A stretch of DNA of 63,864 nt, filler included, from Kipferlia bialata (Eukaryota), in assembly GCA_003568945.1 (NCBI GenBank). It is 4 parts of 4 records of this genome, joined end to end, with 100 filler letters (N's around TTAATTAATTAA, not from the genome) between each part and the next. Parts side by side here need not be neighbours in the genome. Positions count along the whole stretch, not along the records: positions 23,713 to 47,288 come from BDIP01000253.1; 3 more parts are not named here. The stretch is one strand, 5' to 3'. A program made the position numbers and the translations under genes. Shown piece by piece: positions 27,028 to 40,144 of this stretch (positions are counted from its first letter, which is position 1; each line of letters opens with the position of its first letter). Under the pieces are notes generated by a model that worked only from the letters and a program-made list of their open reading frames with translations, was not told where the DNA came from and did no database searches.

Positions 27028-29572
27028 TGTATACTACTTCACTCTATAATGTGCCCTGTTCCCATTCTTCCTGATGTGTGAATATGTATATATGAATATC
27101 TATTCTTTCCATTATGTGTGTCTTGTGCCAACAACCCCACTCCAGTGCACTGACGGTGCCGATACTATCATCTCCATGACCATTGACATTGGAATAGATA
27201 TATATATATATATATTAGATCTGCCCCTCAGCTCAGTACATTGACGGTGCCGATACCATCATCTCCATGGCCATCGACATCTATCTCTCTCTCTCTCTCT
27301 CTCTATCTCTTTCTAATTCCAGTACATAGACGGTGCCGATACCATCATCTCCATGGCCATTGACATTGGTATGAGCCTCGGGTTCCCAGCAGAGTCGCTG
27401 ATCATAGTGCTACTGATGGTAAGTATATACAAGATATTTGTATTTAGTATGTAACTGTATATGGCAGTATATCCAGCAGAGTCACTGATCATAGTGCTAC
27501 TGATGGTGAGTAAGTATAGATATATACAAATTATGGGTACTATATATATGTGTGTAGGTATAATATATGTGTTATTGTATGAGCCTCGGGTTCCCAGCAG
27601 AGTCTCTCATCATAGTGCTACTGATGGTGAGTAAGTATAGATAGATACACAATATGGGTACTATATACATATATGTATAGGCATAGTATAAGTGTATATA
27701 TATGTATGAGCCTCGGGTTCCCAGCTGCTCATGGTAAGTTTGTATTAATATTTACATGCACTGTGTGTTTCATGTTCACTATTGTGTTCACAATATACGG
27801 CCCTTCAAGCACAGTCTCTGGTCTCAGGAATTCATGGTTCTTTAGACACACTCTCTCTCCCCTCACCCAAGGTTCAGTTCATCGGCATGCCCATGACCCT
27901 GCTCTTCACTAAGGTACAGGAGTATGTATCATTTACTAGAATCATATTGATGCATCATACACAATATGGTTCACTAAGGTATTTGAGTATACTAATACAT
28001 GGCGATAGAAGGTATATTGCAGTAGCTACTAATTATATTGGATTCTGACCCATCAGCTTGTGTCCAAGATTGGTCCCAAGAAGGGTGTCATTCTGTGCTG
28101 TGCAGGATACCTTCTCGTGGTGGCACTAGGTACATGTATATATATATATATATATATATCACTTTATATATATATATATACGTAGATCTGGTACCGATAC
28201 CTTCTCGTGGTGGCACTAGGTACGTGTAGATACACTCCATATACTATATGCACTTATAGTAGTTTAGTATATATATATATATATATATAAATTCCATGCT
28301 TACTCAATATCCACTGTGCCAGCATGTCGACATCTAGGCCGCATACATTTACTGCTGTCTCACCCCCCAGGCACCTTCATATCCAATATATATAATATAT
28401 TAATATATGTCTGTGTGGGTGTGTTTATACAGGGCTCTGTTCTGGAAGTGTATATAAATGGATTGTTGTTAACATCCAGGCACCTTCATGTCCAAAGTTG
28501 TCTGGTTCTACTTTCATGATTTACTATTTGGACTACTACTTTTGTATTCTTTAGTAGTTCTGTTTGTTGTTAATATCCAGGCACCTTCATGTCCAATGTG
28601 GTCTGGTTCTACGTCCTGGGTGCATTGGTGGCATGTGTGCAGGGACCCATCCAGGTATGTATCTATATATATATAGTCTATATATATATATATATATATA
28701 GTCATGTAGATACATACATAAGTGCATACTCTTATGCTCTGGGTACACTGGTGGCATGTGTGCAGGGGCTCATCCAGGTGAGTACTATTACTACTACACA
28801 TACTATAGACAAGTGATAGAACTATTATTGATAACTATTTACATCGTCTATCTAGTAGTATTGCCTTTCTTTTCCTACAAATGGTTGGTTTGTTTGTTTT
28901 GCTATTTGTTTGGAAACACTGTTTTGTCAACAGCATTGTTTGGCTGGCTGTTCTCATCTCTAGGCCCTGTCCCGCTCCCTCTTCACAAGGCTGGTCCCAG
29001 CAGACTGCGAGGGAAGGTTCTTCGGTGAGTGTGTATACTACGTATATATACTCGTTATATACACTGGTGTTTCCTCTTAGGTTTACCTCAAAGTGCATCA
29101 CCACCTAGGAGTATTGAAGTCACAGGATTTGTGTATTGTATGTGGACTTTGTTACAGCCCCAGTATACCTACACTAGGACTCTACAACATCATTGGCAAG
29201 TTCTCCACCATCATTGGCCCCCTTCTCATCGGGGTCATCACCAGTGTCACTGGATCTACGCGGTTGAGCGTCGCGTCTCTCTCCATCCTCTTTATCGGGG
29301 GTGGCGGAGTGCTTCTTCTGGTAGACTTTGACGAGGGAGCCAAGCAGGCACTTGCATACCGCGTAGTTAGTCCAGGTACCTACTTGCGATTATACATATA
29401 CGTATTTATGTATATCCTTGTCTGTTCATCGCGTAGATTTCTGACATCAGGGATGAAGGGCAAGGAGGCTCAGAAGGAGGAGGAGGGAGAGGGAGAGAGA
29501 AGTAGTGTGGATGAGGGAGAGAGTGGTGATACCGCCCCAGTGGTTATCAGCACCAACGTGTATCTGACATGA
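23733..29572 (+). CDS. MFS transporter, UMF1/Atg22 (bacterial YxiO-like) family; many introns, 5'-partial
   Basis: Spliced exons give FGFHAANIFYDSLLPGIV...DTVSAMGFAAGYIGGG...FAFTAVWWTIFTLPLL...LFLLAYFLYIDGADTIISMA...VQFIGMP...KIGPKK...VQGPIQALSRSLFTRLVP...GRFFGLYNIIGKFSTIIGPLL. Confidence 0.9.
24517..24605. repeat. 9-bp intronic minisatellite (tatatatag)n
   Basis: About 9 tandem units in an MFS intron. Confidence 0.85.
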
Positions 29573-29786
29573 GCCTGAGAAGTACTCTGTTATACTAGTA
29601 AATGTGTCGTGTGTAACCTACCACTTACACTGTGTAACTAACGTTGGTAACACTACGTATGGGCTAGCATCCTGTCACAGGATTCCTGTGCGTCGGAGTA
29701 TTATTGTGAGAGTATACATGCTGACGCAGCCCCATAGACTTGTAGTGGTGAAGACCACTATCAGTCAGTGACCAACACAGTCTGGT

Positions 29787-30045
29787 TCAATGAAAAGAGG
29801 TCTCATGGGTGGGGCCCTTACATGCACTGTCTAGTCCAGTGACTGGAGTGCATGTATGGGCACCACCCATGGGACAAGGGTATATACTATATGGGGAGAT
29901 ATTTACATCCGTGTGGGACACTAAAAGTATATGTATATATATATATCCCTTTGGAGCTCCTTCACACCGATCCGGACACCAGAGCATACAGACAGCGTCA
30001 GGTGCACATAGTCCTTCACAGGTGTAGACCCAATCACCTAGTGCT
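29787..30045 (-). pseudogene. Cys-rich exon fragments (gene remnant or 3' end of a lost gene)
   Basis: ALGDWVYTCEGLCAPDAVCMLWCPDRCEGAPK and TCTPVTGLDSACKG are separated by an intron-like TA-rich spacer. No upstream exons were found. Confidence 0.35.
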
Positions 30046-30099
30046 TGAATAATGAATAACATGCAGGTAACAGTCGTCTGTTGTGCAAGGTAAACCAGA

Positions 30100-33000
30100 C
30101 CAAGAGACTAATCGTCACCCACAGATTGAGATGTCCAGTGTAATGAAAATGAACGTGGTAAACATTTCCCTCGTCTGTCCCAACAGGTAGGGACTGGTGG
30201 ACAGGCCAGCCAGCCCATGAAGTAAGCGGTGGATTCTGTCTAACGTCTGAGACAGCACTGTCAGTTGTATCAGTGTCACCCGTAGATTGAGAAGTCTAGT
30301 GATAACAAAGAGGACAGGGACCATTTCACCCGGTTGTCCCAACAGACAGGGACTGGTGAACAGGCAATGCAACCCATGAAGAAAACGGTGGATTGCGGTT
30401 CAGCAGCAGTATCCAAGACCTTCACTTTGCTTTTCGCTTTGCTCTAATCGAAGCAAGCCATGCGCGCTTGTGATGTCTAGTGTAGACGCTAGAGAGTGGA
30501 GCCACTTTCAAAAGAGGTCGGACACGACGATGCCAGCCAACACAGTAATGCTACATCTAAGGTCGGGTCCATAACCTCAATGTGTTGGAATCTGACATCA
30601 TATCACTTGGCCTTAGACACTGTATGGCAAGTTAGGTCAGGGTACACGCCGAGTTGTCAATGGTGACCAAGACGCACTCGACCTATTGTCACTGGTGGAC
30701 AGGGTGCCTCGTCTGGGACAGATAGGCAACTTGCCTATCATAGGCAAGACTCAGTGTCTCAGCATGAGACTCTCATGCAGTCCTCGAGGAGTCAGTAGCA
30801 GTTGCCAGGACATCCACGCTAATCGCGCAACACGTCAGACACTCCTGTGTTGTCAATGGTGATCACAGTGTACTGTAAACCCATGAGGCTCTGGCCCCTG
30901 CCGACACTGCCAAAGGAGACAAGAGGAGACTGGTCTCGGAGGCAGATACAGTCATCGAGTGTACTAGTCTGGCCTGGAAGTCACACTCAGTGTGACACTA
31001 AGGCAAGTGCATAACAAGTCGGAATACCCGCATGTAGAGATGCCAACACCAGTAAGGCTTGGCCCATGTGTTCAGTGACACACTAAACCAGAAGGACCAC
31101 TTTGCTAAACATATGTGCAACAAGTGGGACCAAAGGGACCTATGGAGGTCACTAGGCTTTATCTTACTCAATTGAGGTCATCATGTGACAGACAGGTAGC
31201 CCTATAGGGCTGTCCAATGCTGATACCTCATAGGGTCACTCCACTGTGTGGCTAGTTGACTCATACGTATCAGACTTGACGGCTTCGCCGATTGCAGTCA
31301 AGTGAACACATTCGCAATACCCCAACGTACGTCCCTGAAAGCAGAGTCTTGCATCTGACATGTTACACTCAATTTTTGTGGAGTTCGGTATCTTGCTGAC
31401 ATATGACACAAACAGACCTACATCAGGCAGCCTGATGGGGTTGTGGTCCAGTGAATAGAGACCCATGAACAACAGACTGTCCTAATTATTTCGGCAAACT
31501 CCGACAACGACATGTATAGGGGGAGAAGGCATGTATCATGGCAGGGCTGTTGTGACACCAACCGCTGTTGTCCAGTGCTTGTGCTTGTGTCTCGGTTGAT
31601 TCCACTAGAATCATAGTCAGTAGCCACTGAGGCATTGGGTATGGAGCCTATCGTCACGTACGAGGTAGTGGTCCAGTACTGCAGTGGACACAGCAGATGA
31701 CATGGCAGAAGACACAGACTGTCCCAAGAACGGACATACTAACACAGGCCACTAAAGACATAACAGGCCGACAGTGTGACGCCACTGCCATCGGGATGTC
31801 AGATGGCACTGTTCAAGGGACAAGACAACCCACTACTATCAGACAAATCTCTCCTCTACCCGCTCTCCCATTATCCCACTGCAGTGCAGTCAGAGAGACA
31901 CTTCCACTGTCTTCGTGCCACGAAGTTCGTGGGAAGCTTTGTTTCGACTGCGGCCAAGGTCTGGACTCTCATCCACCACAGACACAGGCCTCAGTAGCAC
32001 ACACCTTGGCCTGTGTGACTCTGAAGGGTACTCAGAGCATACCCCACTTGGAATTTCAATACCAACAGGGTACCAGCTGACAGAGCAGCCACCTGGGGTT
32101 GCCGTCAAGTGCAAAAGTCAGTCTACAGGTCAAACTTGCTCCAGATGCATCGGGGTATGAGTCCCACAGTACCACGTTGGAGTTGTTATCAGGAGACAAG
32201 ACCTACAATTGGCCACTTGGGATTGCCGTCAAGTGCACATCTTCGAGCGGAAGAAGAAGTTTGCTGAGCCACTTTCAAAAGAGGTCGGACACGAACATGT
32301 CAGCCAACACTGCAATGCTGCTGTCTCAGGTCGGCTCCAGAGCTTCCATGTTGTGTGTATCTGACACACACTAACACTCGCATTTAGCCATTGCGTGGAG
32401 AGTTAGGTCACGGTACACACCGGGTTGTCTATGGTGACTACCTCTCAGTCGTGTATTGTCTCTTGTGGGCAAACTGCCTCGTACGGCACAGATAGACATG
32501 GTGCAACCCAGCGACTCAAGACTCCCACGAGAGGTCTGAGACAGCACCGTCAGCTGCATCAGTGTCACCCGTAGATTGAGAAGTCTAGTGATGACAAAGA
32601 GGACAGAGACCATTTCCCTCGTCTGTCCCAACAGGTAGGGACTGGTGAACAGGCAATCCAACCCATGAAGAAAGCGGTGGATTCTGTCTGAATCATCCTG
32701 AGGTCCAGCAGCAGTTTCCAAGACCATCTCTAATCGAAGCAAGCCATGCGCCCTGGTGATGTCTAGTGTAGACGACATGACAGAGGACTACTTTCGAAAG
32801 AGATCGCCGACCTCAGGTTGGACACGTACATGTCAACCAACACCGCAATGCTGCATATAAAGTCGGGTCCATAGTCTCCATGTGTTGAAATCTGACATTG
32901 TATCAGTCTGCTATAGCCAATGCATGGCGAGTAAGGTCAGGGTACCCGCCAGGTTGTCTATGGTTACCAAGACGCAGTCGTCCTATTGACACTGGTGGTC

Positions 33001-34770
33001 AGGGTGCCTCGTCTGGGACAGAAAGGCAAGACTCAATGTCTCAGCCTGAGACTGTTAGGCAGTCCAAGAGGAGTCAGTAGTAGTTGCGACGACATCCACG
33101 CTAATCGCGCAACAAGTCACTCACTCCTGTGTTGTCAATGGTGATCAACGTAAGAAGAGTCACAGTGTGCCTTTCACAAGGTACATTAGCTGGGTTTATG
33201 AGCGGACACGTGTATCCTTTACATCACCCAGAACAGTCCTGAATCTCATGTCGAGTCCAGTGTTTCCATGTATGGGAAACCGCGCTGGCCAGCGAAAGTA
33301 GCCATTGCAGCAGTTTTCCACACTTTAGATAGATACACCCAATGTTCCTTGCAGAAACAGACAATGCGCCGCCAGTCCGGCCAAAGTGTCAATAGTCTGG
33401 GTGCTAGGAGTGGATCTCTTTAGAATGCCCTAGTCACCAGCATACATGGGTCAATGTGATCATCTGCACATCATTGCAGCCATGCCCTGTGACAAAAGAG
33501 TCTGCAGCCTCTTAACACTGGCCAGACCAAACTATTGGGTCTTGCCAATGTAGAAGGGTCCAGTGGCAATAAACAGGGAGCATCGCAAGACTTTCGTGGT
33601 TGTTTCTGTACAGGCGGAGACACATCCATCCCCGATGTCATTACCAAACCCGGTTGTCTATGGTGACTACCTCTTGTGGGCAGAATGCCTCGTACCACAC
33701 AGATAGACATGGTGCTACCCAGCGACTCAAGACTCCCAAGAGAGGTCTGAGACATCACTGTCAGTTGTATCAGTGTCACCCGTGGATTGAGAAGTCTAGT
33801 GATAACCAGGAGGACAGGGACCATTTCACCCGGTTGTCCCAACAGAACGTGCCAGGTGAACAGGCAATCAAACCCATAAAGAAAGCTGTGGATTCTGTCT
33901 GAATCATTCTGAGGTCCAGCAGCTGCTACTAAGGTATCCCAGCTAATCGAAGGTAGCAAGCCACGCGCGCTTGTGATGTCTAGTGAAGAGGACAGGACAG
34001 AGGACTACTTTCAAGAGAGGTCGCCGACCTCACGTTGGACACGTGCATGTCAACCAACACCACAATGCTGCTTCTATGGTGACCAAGACGCAGTCGACCT
34101 ATTGTCTCTTGTGGGCAGAGTGTCTCGTCTGGGACAGATAGGCAAGACTCAGTGTCATAGCCTGAGACCCTCTGACAGTCCACCAGGAGTCACTTGCAGT
34201 TGCGAAGACCTCAGCGCTAATCGACCAACATATCATCGGCTCCTGTGTTGTCAATGGGGATCAACGTAAGAGGAGTCACATTGCGGCTGTCACACGTTAC
34301 ATGAGCTGGGATAATGAGAAGACACGTACACCCTATAGATCACCCAGTTCAGTCCTGAATCTCACGTCGAGTCCAGAGTTTCCATGTATGGGAAACCGCG
34401 CTGGCCAGCGAAAGTAGCCGTTGCAGCAGTTCTCCACAGTTTAGATAGATACACCCAATGCTCCTTGCAGAGACAGACAATGCCCCGCCAGTCCGGCTAA
34501 AGTGTCAATAGTCTGGGTGCCAGGAGTTAATCTCTTTAGAATGCCCTAGTCACCAGCATACATGGGTCAACGTGATCACCTGCACATCACTGCAGCCACG
34601 ACCTGCGACAAAAGAGTCTGCAGTCTCTGCCTCTTAACACTGGCCACACCATACAATTGGGCCTCCCCAATGTAGAAGGGTCCAGTGGCAATGAACAGGG
34701 AGCATCGTAAGATTTTCGTGGTTGTCTCTGTACAGGCGATGACACATCCACCCCCGATGTCATTACCAAA
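30100..34770. repeat. Patchwork of degenerate 150-550 bp segmental duplications
   Basis: The block gacagcactgtcagttgtatcagtgtcacccg...ggtggattct recurs at ~30250, ~32540 and ~33750. The block cttgtgatgtctagtg...gtcaatggtgatca recurs at ~30467, ~32753 and ~33970. Segment ~33130-33648 is duplicated at ~34250-34770. Confidence 0.85.
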
Positions 34771-35980
34771 GAACCTCTACCCTCACTCTTAGTGTCTAGT
34801 TCATCAATGTCAAAGAGGGATGCTAGTGTCTCTGGAGAACACAACTAATCCTGGACAGGTATCCACCTCAGCCATGCTGTCATGAACATAGCAACAAGGT
34901 AATCCTCCTGATACGCGGGTATTGACCGACACTGGGCATGTGTGAGGCGAAAACCACGAGTTGTGACATTCGAGATGGACGAAGGTGATGTCACCACATG
35001 TGTAGAAGCCCACTCGTACCCCCACATAACTTGTCTGCCTACAGGCGGTGACATGACATGTCACATGTCCATCCCTGATGTTATGGTGGATTTACTCTCC
35101 ACCATATTGTGAAGTGGACCATACTCTAGCAGAAGATGGACGGTTGTGGGTGACACGGCCCGTCTCCAAGTCAAATGAGCACTACAGCAATACTGTGTTG
35201 GACCATGCGCTGCACTTTTCAGTATACTTTAGGAAACACAGGCCGTTGGATAGGCAACCGATCACAAGCTGCGGTGCCTTAAGGCAAAGGGCAGCAAGGG
35301 TCAGAGGCACAAGACACCGTCCATTCCAAGTATCTTGTCACTCTTAGCCACTCTCTCTATCACACTGCAAAGCCGATGACATTCTTCGATAGGGATGTTG
35401 CCAGTGAAACCGACGGCACCCTCAATGATTTTCCCAAAGACACAAGGCGGACCTGGAGAAACATGTGGGCGATAGAACGTGTAAAGAGTCACTCCTGATC
35501 ATCGCATGCCTCAACCAATACCAAAAAACTCGTGTCACTACCTCTCCAGCCTCCTTTCTAGGCATGGTGGGTCACGCCGACATGTGATGGACATTCGAAC
35601 TAGCAGCCACTCGGGGAGGATGTCTAGTGTGAACGTCACAGACCGGAAGAGGACTGTCCCAGACACACCGGAGTATGTGACACACCCCTACACACACAAG
35701 GTAGTAGGGCACAGCGGATGGCCTGGTCAGAAGAAACAATGCTATCCCGGGACGAACACACAGTGCTTGTGCTAGTGTGACACTAGCCTAGTGTCTCGGT
35801 TGATTCCGACTAGAATCATAGTCAGGGGCCACTGAGGTATTGGGTAGGGAACCTATCGTCACGTACGCGGTAGTGGTCCACTACCGTAGTGAACACACCG
35901 GGTGACATGGCACAAGGCACAGGATATCCCAAGTACGGACATACAAACACATGCTACTAAAGACATAACATGCCGACAGT
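31587..35980. repeat. Pair of ~190-bp diverged direct repeats (31587-31775 and 35792-35980)
   Basis: Both begin gtgtctcggttgattcc(g)actagaatcatagtcag and end actaaagacataaca(g/t)gccgacagt. Confidence 0.85.
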
Positions 35981-36294
35981 TCCCAAGGTCAGAGAACAGC
36001 AAGGACTACTAGTCGTTGACTAGAGTCAGAAGACAATGTCAACTCCCATACTCGTTCTGTCCCTTCGACACGGTTTCTGCCTCCCTAACAAGAGGGCAGA
36101 TTCTATGGAGGCAGTCGGTATGCAGAGAGGCAGTGGTGCGATAACGGCAATGTAGTCCAGTGGTAACATACAACATTGACGACTTCTTATCTGTCCCAAA
36201 GTCCCACGAGGAACCCCTGTAACACATGACGGTATTGGCATATCACAGTGTTGAACCCTGGTTGGATGTGATATGGACCCCAACCCAGTTATAT

Positions 36295-37680
36295 ACACAG
36301 GCCAGATCATCCTACCCTCCCAAGACACGGCAGCCGCTCATAAATGGAGCAGTGGACTACGTTGTTGACGTGTCTTTCTCTCTGGTCCAGAGACTCCTTG
36401 GATAATCTGCACACATGTCACTATATAGAGGTCTCTCACACTCTGTCAGGATGATTGACTCTCTAGGTACCATGTCCGAAAGTGCCACCGATTGCTGCCA
36501 AGTGGACATAATGAGAGGGGGGTACATTGCCCATGGGCGGGCGCATTTTATGTCGGGCACTCCACAGGTGAACAATCAACCAATAGTTGATGACATCAAC
36601 TTGATGTCAAGTGGAACATATGGGAACACCATATGACAAGAGGTGGGCACTCTTACACCTTATACCACCCTCCCAAGACAGGACGGCAGCCAATCAGACT
36701 CATTTGGTTGGGAACACCGGTTGTGACGTGGCTAAATCTCACTTGCAGCACATCATTCTCTGAATGATTGAGACTGATACCATATCCGATGGAGCCGCCG
36801 TTGGTTGCCAAGTGGAGAAAACAATCCGTGCCGAACTACTTCAGGTATTATTCGACGTGCTGGCTACCGATTCCCGCACAGATACCAGAGCCTCCACCAA
36901 CACAATAGCTGAACAGTCCCCAATGGTATTAGGCAGCAGCAGCCAGACCCAGGATACAGTGGCTCCTTCCAGTCTCATTGGGTCCACCGCACACCGTCCC
37001 TGCCTTGGCACTGTCCCTGTCGTCTAACAAGGGGAGAGGATATGTACGTACTCAGGCGGCATGCTGCCCGGTGGAGTTATAGCCAAGTCGATCGAGGGAC
37101 AAGAACCACATAGACCACTTGGGGTTGCTGTCAAGTGAAATGCATCTCGACTCCGGTCCACTATTATCGATATATCTGCCCTGAAAGGATCGCGAATAAG
37201 TGACAGTGAGTGTCAGAGCGGTAGCTGTTCATCTTCATCTTCATTGGGTCCCACCAAGACCCGCCCTACCTTCCTGCAAGGGGGCAGATGACATGCCACA
37301 ACGGTAGGGCTTTGTCAAGTGTTGAAACCGACGACATAGAGGTGTTACTTCCTCAAAGAGCCAACGGGAATGACGTATCGACAAATGTGGTGCATCAGTC
37401 CCACAAGACGGCTGAAACACGGCACGGATATCACACCGTTGAGAAACTAGGGCTGCGATACCCCATGCACTCTGGATCAGACACCCACTCCTAGACCAGA
37501 TCATACCAATACCACCCTCCCAAGACAGCATGGCAGCCATTCAATCGCATTTGGTTGGATTGGGAACACCCATCGTGACCAGTATATATCACTCGCAACA
37601 CATCGTTCATCCACCCTCTCACCGATTGATACTAGGTACCATATCCTATGGAGCCGCCGATTGTTGCCATATGGACACTC
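36295..37680. repeat. Three degenerate copies of a ~190-bp unit
   Basis: accctcccaagaca...ggcagcc followed by taccat(g/a)tcc...gcc(a/g)ccg(a/t)ttg(c/g/t)tgcca at ~36300, ~36660 and ~37500. Confidence 0.7.
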
Positions 37681-40144
37681 TCAAGGTCTTTCTATTGCCT
37701 TTGAGACGGAGCATCGTGTTCCTGGCACTCCTTTGGTGGACATACGTGACAACATCCTTACGGTCTTGAAGGTATTGGGGATATGTGACACCAAGGGCCT
37801 CCATCTTGCCTCTCCGTGCCGCACAAGAACACACCCATGTCCTGTCTCTTTCCAAGCCTATTTGGGTAACAGTACGCCCCTTAATTCCTAAGAGGAGGCA
37901 GATGGTATGCTAGGAGTGAAGCAGCAAGGAACTATGGTACGGCGTACGAGGGCAGCATGAAGAGAGATCGGCAATGACAGTATCCAACAGTCCCCAGGTC
38001 TCACGACCAGCGAAGACATGAGTTCTAACATGTATCCTCTTCCAGTTGCCACACTGCTGTCTCTGGTTCCACTGCATCACTACCTCTATGCAAGGCTAAG
38101 AAGGTCACTGGCAACTGAGAGGGTTGTTGTCCAGTGCAGGAATTATCAAGACCTCTATCAATCTCACCAGAGATTCTGGTTGGGTACATGATGGAAGGGC
38201 TGGAGGTGTAGAGGTCCTTCGAGGGATACGGACACCCAACCAACAACCCACCGTCACTGCTCGCGTCATCAGTCCTCGGATCAATGTATGTCGGTCATCG
38301 TGACACAGAAGGTAGGGGACTGGAGAAAGACATGGTGTCAGTAGCCCGACGCTCATATCGAGGTGGAATCCACATCAGTCTCTGGCCATCACTCTTCTGA
38401 TGTAGGTACCACACGCCCATGTGCGAGGGTGCCACTCGTTGGGGTTGTTGCCAAGTGGAGACCTCTGATACCGGTTGCACTTGCTCCAGGTGCATCGTGA
38501 TAAGAATCCCAATATGTAGGGCGATACATCATGTGGCGTAACAGGCGACATACACAATTCCCATCAGCTGGATCAGAAAGTTCCACTCGCCAGTGAGAGG
38601 GGATACTGCTTGGGGTTGTTGTCTGATGCAGGTAACAACGACCAGGAACATACCGCAATGTATATGGGGACCAGAGACACACTACTGGGGTTCTTAAGTG
38701 CCATGGTACCGAGAACGTCTGCTATGCAACAATGAGACAGATGGCAGAGGGGAAATATGGGACAGGGCTCTGTACAGATGTATATGCCACACTCAATCCT
38801 ATCCATCTCTGTGAGTATGTCATGCTGGAAGAGGGACTGGAATCCAAGCCGGGTCTGAGAGACAGATGACGGAGAGGAGTCTCTGTGACAGAGACGTCTG
38901 TAAGGTCCCACAGCACACTCCTACTGTTACTCCCTTTCCCTTAGGTTACGGCAACACAAACCCTTGCCACTCTGTTCCATCTCACATGACCCCGATAAGT
39001 GTTACCAGCGCCCGTAGGGTATCTAACCCACAAGAAAAGACTGCAAAGGATTGTGTAGTGGGCATACATGGGTCGCTTCTTACTGCACTTGACATCCAGG
39101 TCAAGAGTCCCATACCCTCTTGTCCACTAGTGTGAAAGGGTCTGGTGTGAGCTTCCATCGAATAGGACCTAGCATACACACGAGTATATATCAAATTAGT
39201 GGTAACTATGTATTTTGTTACCCAAATAGCTGAGTGTGCGTGCACATGTACACGAATGTACATACATAGCTAATGTGTCAGGGACACGTACCCATCGACC
39301 CTCCACAGACAGAGGGAGTGCTCAACACAATAAATAGGTCTAGAGGGTGTCTGACACTAGCGCACACGGATGTAGGTTGTGTAGTGGTCATTCCCATGGC
39401 ACATTTGTACTTGACACTCTGTGTTAGAGAGGTATAGAAGTAGGTACCAGAGTATTGACAGAGAACCAGACTTCTTCACTGTCCATCCCCCAAGTACACA
39501 CATAGAAAATACATACCTTCAGTACATTACAGACCACCAGACTAAGTAGTTGCTGTGACTTCTCATACAAACCAGGGGACACACACACTACATCACACAA
39601 CGGGGCCATATATCATCGATCCCCAGGCATTGGTGGTGTGTAATGGCGTGTAACCATGCTGTAGGTATTCAATGTGGCGTGCAGTGTCTGATAGAAGCGT
39701 CGTCTTTCATTGTCCCCAACCCAGACATCTGTATGTGACAAGGTCAGTGTGAAGGAACGATATGTCATGTCATAGGATAGGGAGAAGAAGGGTCTGTCAT
39801 CGAGGAAGAGAGACACCAGACGGACAGCAGCGTCGACACAACGCCTCTGTGGCATACATCTACAGGCCACATGCGATGTACAGGGGATGAGACACCGTGT
39901 TCCTAGGGCACCACCCCTATTGAGGGATGGCCCCGCTCAACGGCCCTAACTCCCTCCTGCAGCCCCTACTCCTCTTGTCCCCCAAGGGGTAGGTGGGAGC
40001 ATGTGCCTACTATTGAGTGATATATAGTAGTAGTAGTGCAAGGGACATACTATTAGGCATACAAGCAATATGAAAGGTATATATATGTGCTATCAACACA
40101 TATGGGTTCTATATAGTATAGTGTTATCAATTACGTGTACTATA

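Noticed and set aside
26680..27740. Repeat-spacer appearance resembling a CRISPR array
   Set aside because: The repeats are exon fragments with splice sites and variable length, the spacers are TA microsatellites, there are no cas genes, and the context is eukaryotic.
31587..35980. LTR retrotransposon bounded by the 190-bp direct repeats
   Set aside because: No clear TG...CA ends, PBS, PPT, TSD or gag/pol motifs were seen. It is kept only as an unclassified repeat.
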